A stretch of DNA of 64,000 nucleotides from Fonticula alba ATCC 38817 (taxonomy: Eukaryota > Protista > Nucleariida): assembly GCA_000388065.2 (NCBI GenBank), contig KB932201.1; one strand, 5' to 3'. A program made the position numbers and the translations under genes. The notes below the pieces were generated by a model. It saw only the letters and a list, made by a program, of their open reading frames with translations. It was not told the DNA's origin and made no database searches. Every line of letters begins with the position of its first letter. The stretch's first letter is position 1. Of the stretch, positions 38,055 to 49,366 are shown one piece after another.

Positions 38055-38128
38055 TGACCACGATGCGGCTCGAACACACAACCTCCTGATCCGTAGTCAG
38101 GTGCTCTATCCAATTGAGCTACGCGGCC
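38055..38128 (-). tRNA. trnR-ACG: tRNA-Arg (anticodon ACG), 74 nt, no intron
   Basis: GGCCGCG TA GCTC AATTGGATA GAGC A CCTGA CTACGGA TCAGG AGGTT GTGTG TTCGAGC CGCAT CGTGGTC A folds into a full cloverleaf with A and B boxes. Confidence 0.97.
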
Positions 38129-38352
38129 ATCTTGGACCATTGGTCCGGTCCCAGCCTACTTGAATGTCTCTGCACTTGGGGGATGCCGGGGGCATGTGCA
38201 GGGGAAGCCATCCATCCCCACACCGCCCGCCACCAAGGATTGAGCCAAGTGCCCAGCGCGCCGCCCGCCACCAGATAGATCCACCGGTCAAGAAGGTGTG
38301 CCGCGGTCTGCAGCAAGAGCCCCCACGCCAACGTGCGCGCACGCGCGCGCGC

Positions 38353-38399
<47 letters not shown>

Positions 38400-38536
38400 T
38401 GTTTGCCGTGTATTTTGCGTGTATCAATGCTTGTGAGGAGGTGGGAAATGCAAATGGATATGCAAGTGCAAAGGGGCCAAATGGCAGGGTCCCCTGGGCG
38501 AGAAAAGGAAGACCCTGGCAAGCGGGCCCCGGGCGC

Positions 38537-39374
38537 CTAATGGGTCAGAATGAACACCGAGCAATGAATGATGAAGTTCTCCTTTTATGCGAACAGCGGC
38601 GGCGGCGGCGGCGGCGGCAGCGGCGGATGCCCCTGGTCAGTATCAATGCGCCAGCTAGCTCAAGAGGGGAGTTCAAGCAGGATGGAGACAAACAAAGTGA
38701 CGGCGAGAGGAGAAGAAGAAGAAGAAGAAGAAAAAGAAAAAGAAGAAGAAGAAGAAGAGGGAGGTGGCCAGAGCGCGCACATTTTCAAACAGCTCCTCAA
38801 CATGGGCATCCTGGCTGGCATCCCAGTAGCAGAGCGCCTGTGCGCTGTGGAGGGAGATGGACACAGGTCACAGACAAGCAAGTCAGACACACGGGCAAAT
38901 GAGAGGTACCAGGGAAGCCCAGAGCACAGGGGCGTCGGGCCGTGCATTTGGCCACCGGACACGCACTTGATGCCGTTGGTGCTGTTTTTCGACCGCTTCA
39001 CACTGAAGGTGTTGACAATGAACTTGTACTTGGTCGAGGAGTGCTCTGGGGCCCCGGACAAAGACCAGCGTAGAAGCGGTGCGAGGGGGAGGTAGGGGGG
39101 GAGGGCGGGGAAGACAGCCACACGAACAGTTAACAGACCATGCAACAGGACAGAAACAGCCGGGGGAGGGGAAGAACCAGCGTCCAAGAGGAAGATCACA
39201 CAACGAACCCTTGAGCTGCTCGAGGACCTCACTGGAAATGCGCCTCGACAGGCCCTCCTCCGAAACGGCGGGCTGCTCGTCGCCAGACGACACGATCGAC
39301 TGCGACCGGAGCGACGCACGGACAATATGCCGCGAAAGCTCGATAAAGGCGTCCAGTTCAGCACGAGAGGTCAT
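38537..39374 (-). CDS. DYNLT: Tctex-1 type dynein light chain, 117 aa, 4 exons
   Basis: Introns 39046-39208, 38845-38966 and 38582-38780 give an intact 354-nt frame: ...SSEVLEQLKEHSSTKYKFIVNTFSV...GINAQALCYWDASQDAHVEELFENENFIIHCSVFIL. This matches the Tctex pattern KYIV...S.C.WD...D......EN.......VF. Confidence 0.85.
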
Positions 39375-40214
39375 GACGCGGGGGGCTGGGCAGATGCGCT
39401 AGGAGATGCTGAGGAAAGAAAGTCCGAAGTAGGGGGGAGAGAGAGGGAGGGAGGGAGGGACAGAGGGGAAGAGAGAGAGAGAGAGAGGGAGGGAGGGACA
39501 GAAAGGAAGAGAGGAAGATAGATGCCGGCCGCCCCGCAACGAGTCGGGCGCATCCCTCGTCGGGCTGTCGTTTCAAGATGTCCGCCCATCCGGACGCGGG
39601 GGCCTCGAAATGCATGCCGGTGTCTCCTGGGGGGGGGGAGGGGGGAACGTGCCACCTCCCAAGACCAAGCAAGTAGACTGGAAGAGAGAGGGGCCAGGGC
39701 GCATGCCGCGCAGCCCCCTACACACCGGTGGTGCCGACTCTCGGCCCTCGGCCAGCCGGCCGGCCTCCCGCCACCTACGAGAGGGGCAGAAACAGGCAGG
39801 ACATTAGATTGTCTTGATCATGCTGTGCATCACGTTATTCGCCTTCCGCGTGTGACGCCGCGGGAATGCCGCCCGAGGTTGTCCGTCGGCAGAAGGCCCC
39901 TCATGGAGCGCGAACATGTTTGCAGGGGCCAGGAGCGCGGGCAGCAACAAGAGAGGGGAAGATCTATTTCTCGTGACGCGCGGCACCAGACAATGTGCGG
40001 CCCGCCGATCGGCAAGGAGATGTGGGGAGTGCCCGAATGAGGGCACGCCCAAGAAAGAGAGGGGAGGCAGAAATGTGATGCTGCCACCAGGTGGCGCTTC
40101 AAAGAGATGAGAGAGAGAGAGAGAGAGAGAGAAAGGAAGGCGGGGAGATATCATATACACAAGGACATGGGGTCAGCATCCACCCACCCCACCCCCCGGC
40201 ACCACGGGCGCTGG

Positions 40215-41080
40215 CTAGAGGGTGGCAAAGTAAGTTTTGCCCGACCATGCGGAGGAGTCGGTCGCAAGGGACGCCGGGCCGGGGTCGCCAGCCGGCGAGG
40301 AGAGAGACGAGGAGGAGGAAGAGGCCGAGGATGAGGAGGACCCGCCGGGGGAGGCCAGATCCGAGCCGTCAGCGCGCGACGCCGGCGTCGGCGCCAACTG
40401 AGGCGGCACGAGCATCACATGGTCGACCATCTCCCGGTCATGGTGGTGTGGCGAGAGGCCGGCCGAGGGGGAGCCCCCCGTGGCCGGTGGATGCGGCGCC
40501 TGGCCCACCGGGACCGGCATCGGCAGGGGCAGGTGGAATGGGCCTGGCCCGGGCAAGAGCGCCGGAGCAGGCGCCCCAGGCGAATGCTGATGCGGCCGAT
40601 GCAAATGCAAGGGGAAGAGATCGCGCTGGAGCCAGCTCCCGGCGAGGATCCCCCCGCCTCCGCCAGCGCCATTGCCCCCGCCGGAGGCAGGGGCATCATC
40701 CAGCGAACTGGACCGGGTGTGCGGTGTAACGGCCGCCGCACTCCCGGGGGTGACGGCCGCCGCCGCCGCCGCCGCCACATTGGCCCCGCCACTTCGGCGG
40801 ATCGGCGACATGAGTGGCATCACCGGTGAGGTGGCTTTGCCCGAGCGCAATGGTCCGGGCGAGCCAAAGAGCGCCGTTGACGAGGACGACCGCAGCCGCC
40901 GGCCGGGGGTCCCAGTGCCGGCGCCAGTGCCGCGCATGCTGGGGTGCTCATCGCTGTGGGACTTCTGGTGCGCCGAAGGGGGTCCCAGCGTCCCGGAATA
41001 CTCCATGGAGAAGGGAGCCGAGTCGGCGCGCAAGAAGGGTCGCCGGGGGCCGGAACTGGCGCTGCTGCTGCTGCTGCTGC

Positions 41081-41151
<71 letters not shown>

Positions 41152-44100
41152 TTGTTGTTGTTGTTGTTGCTACTGCTACTGCTGCTGCTGCTGTTGCTGC
41201 TGCTACTGCCGCCGCTGCCGCTGCCGCTACCGCTGCCATTGCTACGGCTCGGACCAGTGTCAGAGCTTCCACCACCGGCGGGCGGTGCATCCGGGCCAAA
41301 GGAGTACCCGGGCACCGGGACATTCCCCGGGGAGAAACCCAAAGCCGGGCTGGATCCCGGCAACAGAAGGGCATGGCGCGGCCCCGGCGGCGGGGAGGCC
41401 GTCGGCGCGGCCACCGGCTCACCGGGCAAAAAGAAAAACCGCCCGGTGCCGGGCTCCGGCGGCGAAACCGGCGGCGGTGACACCGGCCCCGTGGCCGAGG
41501 GCGAGGGCTGGGGGGATACATGCGGCGAAGGGAGCAACAGCGGGGCGATGTTTCGGATGGCCGGCCGGTCGGTCCGGTCGTCGGAACCCACCTCCCCGAT
41601 GTCGGCCACCAGCTGCTGGTCCCAATCCGACGCCGAAAAGGAGGACGATGAAATCTCCGAATACATGGATGACAGCCGCTGATACAGCAGTGGCAGCGAA
41701 TCGGACGAACAGCTGGACATGGCGGACGAGGCGGTGGGCGCCTCGCCGGCCGACCGGGGCCCGAGGGCGGCCGACGCGCTGATGCTCCGGCGAAAGGGCG
41801 GCACCACGGTCGAGCCAGCTGGCCGACCCCCGACACCCACCCCGGCAAAGGCGGCTCCCCCGGCGACGCCGGAGCTGCCAGCTCCACCGCCGGTCGCCAG
41901 GAAACCGCCACCGGCCGGGGGATCGCCACCGCCGGACCTGCCGCCGGGGGGGCCGCCCGCCGCATCCGGCGCCCCGCCGGCGGGGCTGCCAGCCAGCGGC
42001 CCCTTCCCCAGACCGGCCGCCCCATTGGCGGACAGCTCGTCGCGCACATTGGCAAAGACCGCTGCCGAGGCACTCGAGAAGGGCTCCGCCGCCAGGGCAC
42101 GCAGTTGGGTGCTGTCCTGTCCCACCGGGACCAATCGCACGGCATCCAGCTCCCACGTGTCCTGGAAGACCGGACCACAGCGACTGTCCAGGGCCAAGAG
42201 CGAGGCCACCACCCCGGAAGCCGCCCCCATGGGCCAGCCGCCAGGAGGCTCCTCCGGCAGGGTTCGGGCCCCGGCCGGGCCGCCGCCGTCGCCGCCTCGG
42301 CCACGGGCCGCCTCGGCCACTTGATCCAGGGAAAAGCCCAACTGGTCGAGCTTGACCAACAGCGCCCGAAGCAGGAAGGCATCCGGCTGCGGGCCCGGGG
42401 GCAGCCCCGGTGCGGCGACCATCGCGCAGTCCAGCTGCTGGATGGCCCGATTCACCAGGGCCACAATGCCATCGGCGGCAGCGCCCGCGCTGGCCGGCCG
42501 AAGGTCCGGATCGGCGCGCATCAATCGGCACACCGTCCGGATGAAGGTCTCCGAGCGGTCGATGAAGAGACACACCGTGAAGTCGTCCGACCGCAGCCGG
42601 CCCAAATCCTGCGTCGTGGTCGGGCTTGGCTCCAGCACCGACAGATACATGAACAGGGCACCGCAGGCGAAGAGATCCGCCCGGGCCAAGTCCAGTCGGA
42701 TGGTCGGGTCCTCGCGCAGGACCGAGGACATCGGCACCGTGGCCGAGCCGCCGGCTGCCGCGTGCTGGCCGCGCAGGTGCGCCCGCAAGGTCGTCAGCGA
42801 GATGATCTCCGGCGCCAGGTACAGCCTCGACCCCTCGACCACATTGGTCCGGGGAGTGTCGCGCGGGACCGCCAGGCCGAAGTCCGCCAGGCGCACGGCC
42901 CGCGGATCGGCCGAGCTGAGCAGCAAGTTCTCCGGCTTGACATCCAAGTGGGCGAAGCCCAGCGAGTGCAGGGCCTCCAACGCCCGCAGGGTCCCGTGCA
43001 AATAGCACCAGGCGTCCGCCTCGTCAAGCACGCGGTTTTGCTTCTTCAGACCATTCATAATGTCCGACAGGCTGGCAGCAGAGCAGCACCGAGCGGGGGT
43101 AGAGAAGCGGCGGCGTGGCCGCGGTCAGCGAACGGCCACCGGGCGCACTGGGTGGGAGTGGAACTGGAAGGGAGAAATAGGACGCACCTGCCAACACACA
43201 GCTCTGTGGCGATGTAGAATATCCGGTCCTGCTCCCAGGCACGCTCGATTTGCAGGCAAAAGGGCGCCCCGCGAAGCTTGAAGAGGACCGAGATCTCGTC
43301 CAGCGCACGGCGGCGCTGGGTATTCCCGGAGTATGGGACCAAGAAGCACTTGACAGCTACCAAGTGCCGGGCCTGGGCCGGGGGGATGCCACCATTGTGC
43401 AGAACCAGCTGCCCGGTTGGCAGGCGCAAGCTCCCGGCCAGCATGACGTCCTCCTCCCCGGACCCGGAGGAAACCGGAGACCCGCCCCCATCCGAGGAGC
43501 TGGAGGAGGAGGACGAGGAGGACGAGGAGGGATCGGTGGACATGAGGTCCCCGCTGTCGACCGGAGGAAACTCCGGCCCCGACAGCGCGTCCTCCAGGTC
43601 ATCGTCCGAGGGCGAGGGGGCCGCCGCATCGCCGGACCCGAACCCACTGTCGGATCCACGCATGGCCGCATCGGCCTCCTCCTGATGCAGCAGCATGCCG
43701 AAGTCCATGGCCGAGGCCGAGCCAAAGATCAGGGGTGCGGCTGGCTCGCCCGCGGAAAGGCCGGGCATCCCCGACAAATGGTCCTCCGCGTCATCGCTGT
43801 CGTGCTCGCTTTCCTCCGGCAACGGAACCGGCACGGCCAGAAGGTCCAAGCCTCGGCCACCAAAGGTCAGGTGCTGCCGGTCGCCGACATGCAGCAAGCT
43901 GCCCGTCGGGCGCTGCAACATGCTCGGCTCTTCGAGGTAGGAGCCCGACAGGGCAATGCCACCCGGGCCGGCCGGGCGCCGCCGGGCAAAGGGTCGGCCA
44001 GGGGCCAAATGCGAGTTGGAGAAGGTAGCCACGTACACCGCGGCGAAGTCGCCGCGGCCAATTTCCACAAAGCTCCAGGACGACTGTGCGACCGGGGCCC

Positions 44101-44716
44101 CGGTGACCGGGTCCCACCGGAGCCCCGATCCGCACAAGCATCCCGGGTGAGGCCGAGGCGAGGCATCGCCGGACGATGTGCCACCGGGCTCGAGGGGCCG
44201 AGCCTGGGGAAGCGTCCCGGCCAGGGGCGCCCGGCTGACCGGGCCCTCATACAGGGCCTCACTCAAGGCGCCGAGCCGTGGACCGGGCATACCCTCGCTC
44301 GGGCCGAGCCCGGGCGAGGAGGACCGATCGCGCACGGGGAACTCCGGCGCCGATTGCCGGCGCAGGGGAGACCGATTCCGGTAGACACATACCTGACCGG
44401 TGTCATCGCATCCGGTGCAATCCCGGTGCGAGGCCACCAGGGGGGACATCTGGGCCGGGGGCGCGGTGGAGGCCGCCAGCGTGACCGGGGGCGCCGGCCG
44501 GCAGACGCAAATGGCCGGCGGGCCGGCCGGCTTGACACTCGGCTGGAGCATCTGGTCGAAGATCGAGGAGAAGTAGTTCGATTGCGACAGGAAGTGCGTC
44601 TCAATGAGCGGGTAGGCGGAGCCCTCATTGGGCAGGGGAGCCGGGGCCAGGGCTACGGCATGCCACAATCGGTGCCAGGGAGTTGTCAGTACCATGGACA
44701 AGGGGGTAGGCGGGGG

Positions 44717-44759
<43 letters not shown>

Positions 44760-45848
44760 GAGGAGGCGGACGCACGGCCAGGCGCCATGGTCAGGCGGAT
44801 CGGGTGCCAGGAGAAGAGAGCCGTCCCAGGCCGGGTCAATTGCGGCTTCTTGATCGGGGGATTGTGCGCGGAGCCATTGCCGCTGCCGCTGCCGCTGCCG
44901 GCGTTGCTGACGCCAGGCGATGCGACCACACCGGCACCGGTTGCGGCCGAGTGACGGTGGTGAAGGTGGAGACGACTCTGCGCCGGGAAGGCCCCGGCGC
45001 CAAGACCGAAGCCTGGGTCCGATCCGGGCGCCGCATTCCGATGCGGCACCGAGTGCAGCGGTTGACCGGGGGTGGCATGAGCAGACGGGGTGACCATGGT
45101 CGCCTCGGCGGTCGCGGCCGCCGCCGCCGCCGCAGCAGCAGCAGCAGCAGCGGCCGCTCGGGCCGTCATGGACGTCGGGTCCGGCATCGAGGAGGACAAC
45201 GGCCGGGGGAGGAGGCCCGGAGCCACAGTGGCTGATACTGGAGGGGAGCCCGGGCGAAGGCCTCCCACCAAGGGTCCAGCCCGGCCACTGTCGGCATCGG
45301 CAATGCCGCTGGCGATGGTGGCTGCACCGCCGGCACCATCACTGCCATTGTCATTGTGGCTGCCGCTGCTGTCGTTGGAGGCGGTGGCGGTGGCGTCGCT
45401 GCCACCGCGCCAAAGACCACCACGCACAAGTGGCGCCAGACCGCGGATGCCGGCCATTTGGTGTGATAGACTGGACCGCCGCCGGCCGAGCGAGGCAAAG
45501 AGCTGCCGGGCGGCGCTCGGCTGGGCGGACCCCGATGCCCGAGCCGAGGCCTGGGAAGTGGAGGCCGACGGGGGCGCCGGAGCTTGCAGGCGATCGGCCC
45601 CAATGAAGCGCACCACGCCGGCTGCCGCCGGGAGGAGATTGCGGAAGGCACTGATCTTGGAGCCGAGCCCGCCGCGCGAGACCGGAGCGGGCGCGCGCAC
45701 TGGTGCCGGCGCCGGCGCCGGCACCGGTGTACCTCCCTCGGGCGGTGTGTGGCACGGGGACGACAGGTCCATGCTCGGGGAGCTTGAGGGAAGGTGCTCA
45801 TATGACAGGGCCAGGCTGTGCCCAGTGCTCAGGCGAGAGAGCGGTAGG

Positions 45849-45889
<41 letters not shown>

Positions 45890-47655
45890 AGGTGGGGGGG
45901 GAGGTGGCGGCGGTGGCGGTGACGGGCAGCTAGACGATGGAGCCGAGGATAGGCACGAGAAGAAGGGGGACGAGGAAAAGGAATGGCCCCCGGTCGAGTT
46001 GAAGGGCGAATCACCGGGCAAGGGCCCGGCGCCGGGCATCGCATGAGACACATCCGTCGGCATGGCCAGGCGCGAAGCCGGGGCCGGGGCCGGGGCCGCA
46101 GCCGGGGCTGGGTCCAGGTCGACCGGGGCCGCCTCAGTCGGAGCCCCGGCCATGGAGCTGGTGGCCGACCGAGGGGCCATGCCTTCGCGGCTCCGCCGCC
46201 GGCGGATCAGCTGTCGCCGGAGGAAGCGACGCTCCGTGTGCCCGGTGGCCGGGGTGCTGGGCGGATGCTGCCACGGCCGGGCCGGCAGGGCTAGGATGAA
46301 AGGGGACGAGCAATTTAGACGCAAACACCGCGGTGAAGAAAGGGCAGGCAGGCCGGCCGGGGTGGGGTCGCCATCGGTCACAGGCTTGGCCAGGTCCACC
46401 ACCGACGGTATGGCCAGATTGTAGGCTCCCATCAGATGCTGTGCCTCGGAGAAGGGAAGCTCACCGCCGACGCCGGCGCCAGCGCCGCCGATGGCCGGCG
46501 GGCAGGTGAGCGAACTCGCCCGGAAGGAAGCCTCCAACAGGGACATGGACGAACGGCCGGGCAAAAAGCCAGGACCTCCGGGGGGACCGGGATCGGCTGC
46601 CCCGGGCGATGGGCCGCCCGCGGCCGCCGGGCTGCAAAAGGGCAACCCGAAGCTCGGGCAGACACAGCGCCCGGCGATCGACTGATCTTCCCCCTGCCCG
46701 GTCGGCCGGTAGAGCATGACCGAAACACAGGGACCGTGATTGGGGATCGGGGCACCGGCAGCAGAGCCAGCAGCCCCGGGCCCAGAACCCGAGATCGAGC
46801 CCTGGCCAAGGCTGGCATGGGGCTGCCGGACAAAGAGAGGCCCGGCCGTCCGGCAGGGGGACGGCGCATCGGCCCCGGCCGGGGCGGCGGAAACCCCACC
46901 GGCCGTGGCAAAAGCCGCGGCAGCATTCCCATGCAGGGCCGCACGGTGGCCCATCCCGGCAGGGCCCCCGGAGGCATCCAGCGAGGAGGACAGCGCCGGA
47001 CCGAGCAGGGGCCCGATGGGCGTGGGAAATGCCCCGGCCGATGGCCAGAAGGATCCGGAGGACAGGAAGCCCGAGTCATAGGATTGTGACCGGTGCACTA
47101 GCACCGGGGACTCGGTGTCAATCGGCGCACGCTCGAAGCCCTCCTGATAGGGCCGCGGCGAGGCGAACGTCGTGCCGGCCGGGATCGGGATGGAGGGGCT
47201 GGCGGGGCTGGGCCGGCCTCCCACGGTGGAAGCCCCCCCGGCCGGGGGCTGCAATGACGAGGGCATATGCCGCGCCGGGGAGAGAACCGCCGTCGAGGGG
47301 ATGCCGGGATCGCCGCCGGTCACCGGGGACGGACGCCGACGGAGGGCCGACGCATGGAGGGGCCCCAGGTCTGGCTGCTGGGCCTGCGAGAGCCCCTGCG
47401 ACAGGGAGGACACGAAGCCCGGGTGGAACCCCGGGCGCCCGGGCACCGGGAGAGCCGGAGCCCCGGGGAAATTGGGGCTCGTGCTGGGCACTGGATGAGG
47501 CAAGGGACGCAGCCCGGCCAGCAGGGACGGCGAGGACAACAGGGGGACAGGCCCCGGGGCCGGTGAAGCCGCAGCCGGGACACTGATGCCAGCAGTGCCA
47601 TGGCCGCCACCCCCGGGATCACCAATGGCACTGATGTTGCTGATGTTGCCAGCCA

Positions 47656-47689
<34 letters not shown>

Positions 47690-48115
47690 CGGCGGCGGCG
47701 GCGGTGACGGCGACGATGGCGGTGGTGGCGGCGAAGTGGAAATCCGATAAGGGGCGGGACGCTTGGCAGCGGCGCCGGCCGACGGAGCAGCGGCCAGCAG
47801 ATCCCCGGACGCCGGCGGTGGCGTGGAGAAGGATCGTGGCCGGCGTTCGGCCAGCGGCGACCCCAGGCGCTTGGTCCCATGGCGGAAGGACCGGAGGAGG
47901 TTCTGCGTGGGGGTCAGCTGCGAGGCCTCTTGGTTGGCGGTGGTAGGCAGCCGCTCGGGGAATGGAGATGCAGTGGTGCCGGCCCCGGCTCCGGCAGTGG
48001 TGGTGGCGCTTGGGCTGAGGGCGGCCGAAAGGCCGTCGGTCCCGATGCCACTGCTCGGCGAAAGAGGCGACAGGGGCGAGTGTGGCGGCGGCGAAAGAGA
48101 GGCCCCATCGCTGCC

Positions 48116-48169
<54 letters not shown>

Positions 48170-48403
48170 GCCATCATCGCCCGAGATGGGCATCGCGATG
48201 TCCGGCGACTGGGTGATGATCACAACCGGCACAGGCCGAGCCCCAAACGGGTGCGGGTTCCCCGGCGACCGAGGGGCATCGAGAGGCTCGGCCGGGTAAA
48301 AGCGCGATCCGGATGAGCCTGGCGGGAGGCCGGCCCCCTCGGCCTGAGCGGCGGCCGGCCAGGTGCCTGTCGACCAGGCGGTGTTCGGGTGTGGTGGAGC
48401 CAT
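40215..48403 (-). CDS. WEE1: Wee1/Myt1-family protein kinase, ~2,650 aa, 3 exons
   Basis: IGRGDFAAVY, VAVK...RRRALDEI, IERAWEQDRIFYIATELC, WCYL...L.AL..LHSLGFAHLDVKPEN, LADFGLA, VEGSRLYLAPE and ADLFACG. Introns 43072-43187 and 44653-44775 give an intact 7,950-nt frame. Confidence 0.85.
41062..41208 (+). repeat. Coding (CTG/TTG)n microsatellite encoding poly-Ser/Asn in the kinase C-terminal tail
   Basis: Translates on the minus strand as SSSSNSSSSSSSSNNNNNNNSNSNSNSNSNS... Confidence 0.9.
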
Positions 48404-49176
48404 TGCGCCTGATGGGCGTTTGAGGGGCGTGCGTGCGTGTGTTTGGGCGTATGTGTGTAGACACTGGCCTGCGTGTGTATGGGTGGGGGGGTGTGTGTGT
48501 GCAGCAACAGGAAGGCAAGAGCCACGGGGCAGGCCGAGGGCTCTGGCAGGCGGGCGGGCGGGCGGGCAGGCGCACGAGGCGAGGGGTAGGCCACGGGGGT
48601 ATACGGTGGCGGGCGCGCGTTCACGGGCACGCGCCACCGAGTAGCTGTCTGGTGAGCGGCCTCGTTGGCTTGGGGCAGGCCTCTGGATGGGGGCGTGCGT
48701 ACGTGTGTCAGTGATGGGGGCGGCAAGGACACGGGACGGCGGTAGCTAGATCGAGAGAGAAAGAGAGAGAGAGAGAGAGAAAGGAAGGGAGGATGGCAGG
48801 CTGGGCGTACCAGGGATCGCCAGTATCAGAGGCAGGGAAAGAGGAAGGACAGTGGTCGGAGGGAGCCCCTAAGTCGCAAGCATGTGTTATGGGGGAGGGG
48901 AGAGGGGGCAAGAAGAGGAAGAGGGAGTAGGGGGGGGGGAGGATGGGGGGGAGGAGGGCGAGGAGAGAGTGCGCCGTGGCAGCACTCCAAGGCGCGCAGG
49001 TGTAAAGGGACGGGGAGGGATGAGGCCGATCGCCGTATCTCCTGCCGGTCATGAACCCATTGAAATCCCTCGTCCCCGGCAACCGCCACGCCAAGCAGCC
49101 CACAGCCGAGGGGGGTGGGAGGGGGGGGCCTTTCCCGTGCTTGGTCAGCCATTTCCGCGGACCGAGTGCGAGAGGC

Positions 49177-49236
49177 GGGGGGGGGGGGGGGGGGGGGGGG
49201 GGGTTGGTGGTGGTGTCTCGTTGGTTGGTGAGCGGG

Positions 49237-49284
<48 letters not shown>
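49177..49284 (+). repeat. Two long G homopolymers (G27 at 49177-49203, G47 at 49238-49284)
   Basis: Direct reading; they lie about 800 bp upstream of the Wee1-like ATG. Confidence 0.85.
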
Positions 49285-49285
<1 letters not shown>

Positions 49286-49354
49286 GCACCGCAGCCGGCG
49301 CCTCTCGCGCCTTGGTCATGTCGCGCGCGCTCGCACCGAAAAAAAAAAAGCGCC

Positions 49355-49366
49355 CAACCAATCAGC
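49355..49366 (+). promoter_or_regulatory. Candidate NF-Y/HAP CCAAT box upstream of the Wee1-like gene
   Basis: CAACCAATCAGC matches the extended RRCCAATCAG consensus and sits next to an A11 tract (potential nucleosome-depleted region) in otherwise very GC-rich DNA. Confidence 0.3.

Noticed and set aside
38447-38454. Octamer ATGCAAAT near the tRNA gene, resembling an snRNA promoter element
   Set aside because: No snRNA is nearby, tRNA promoters are internal, and the site lies in the Tctex 3' region.
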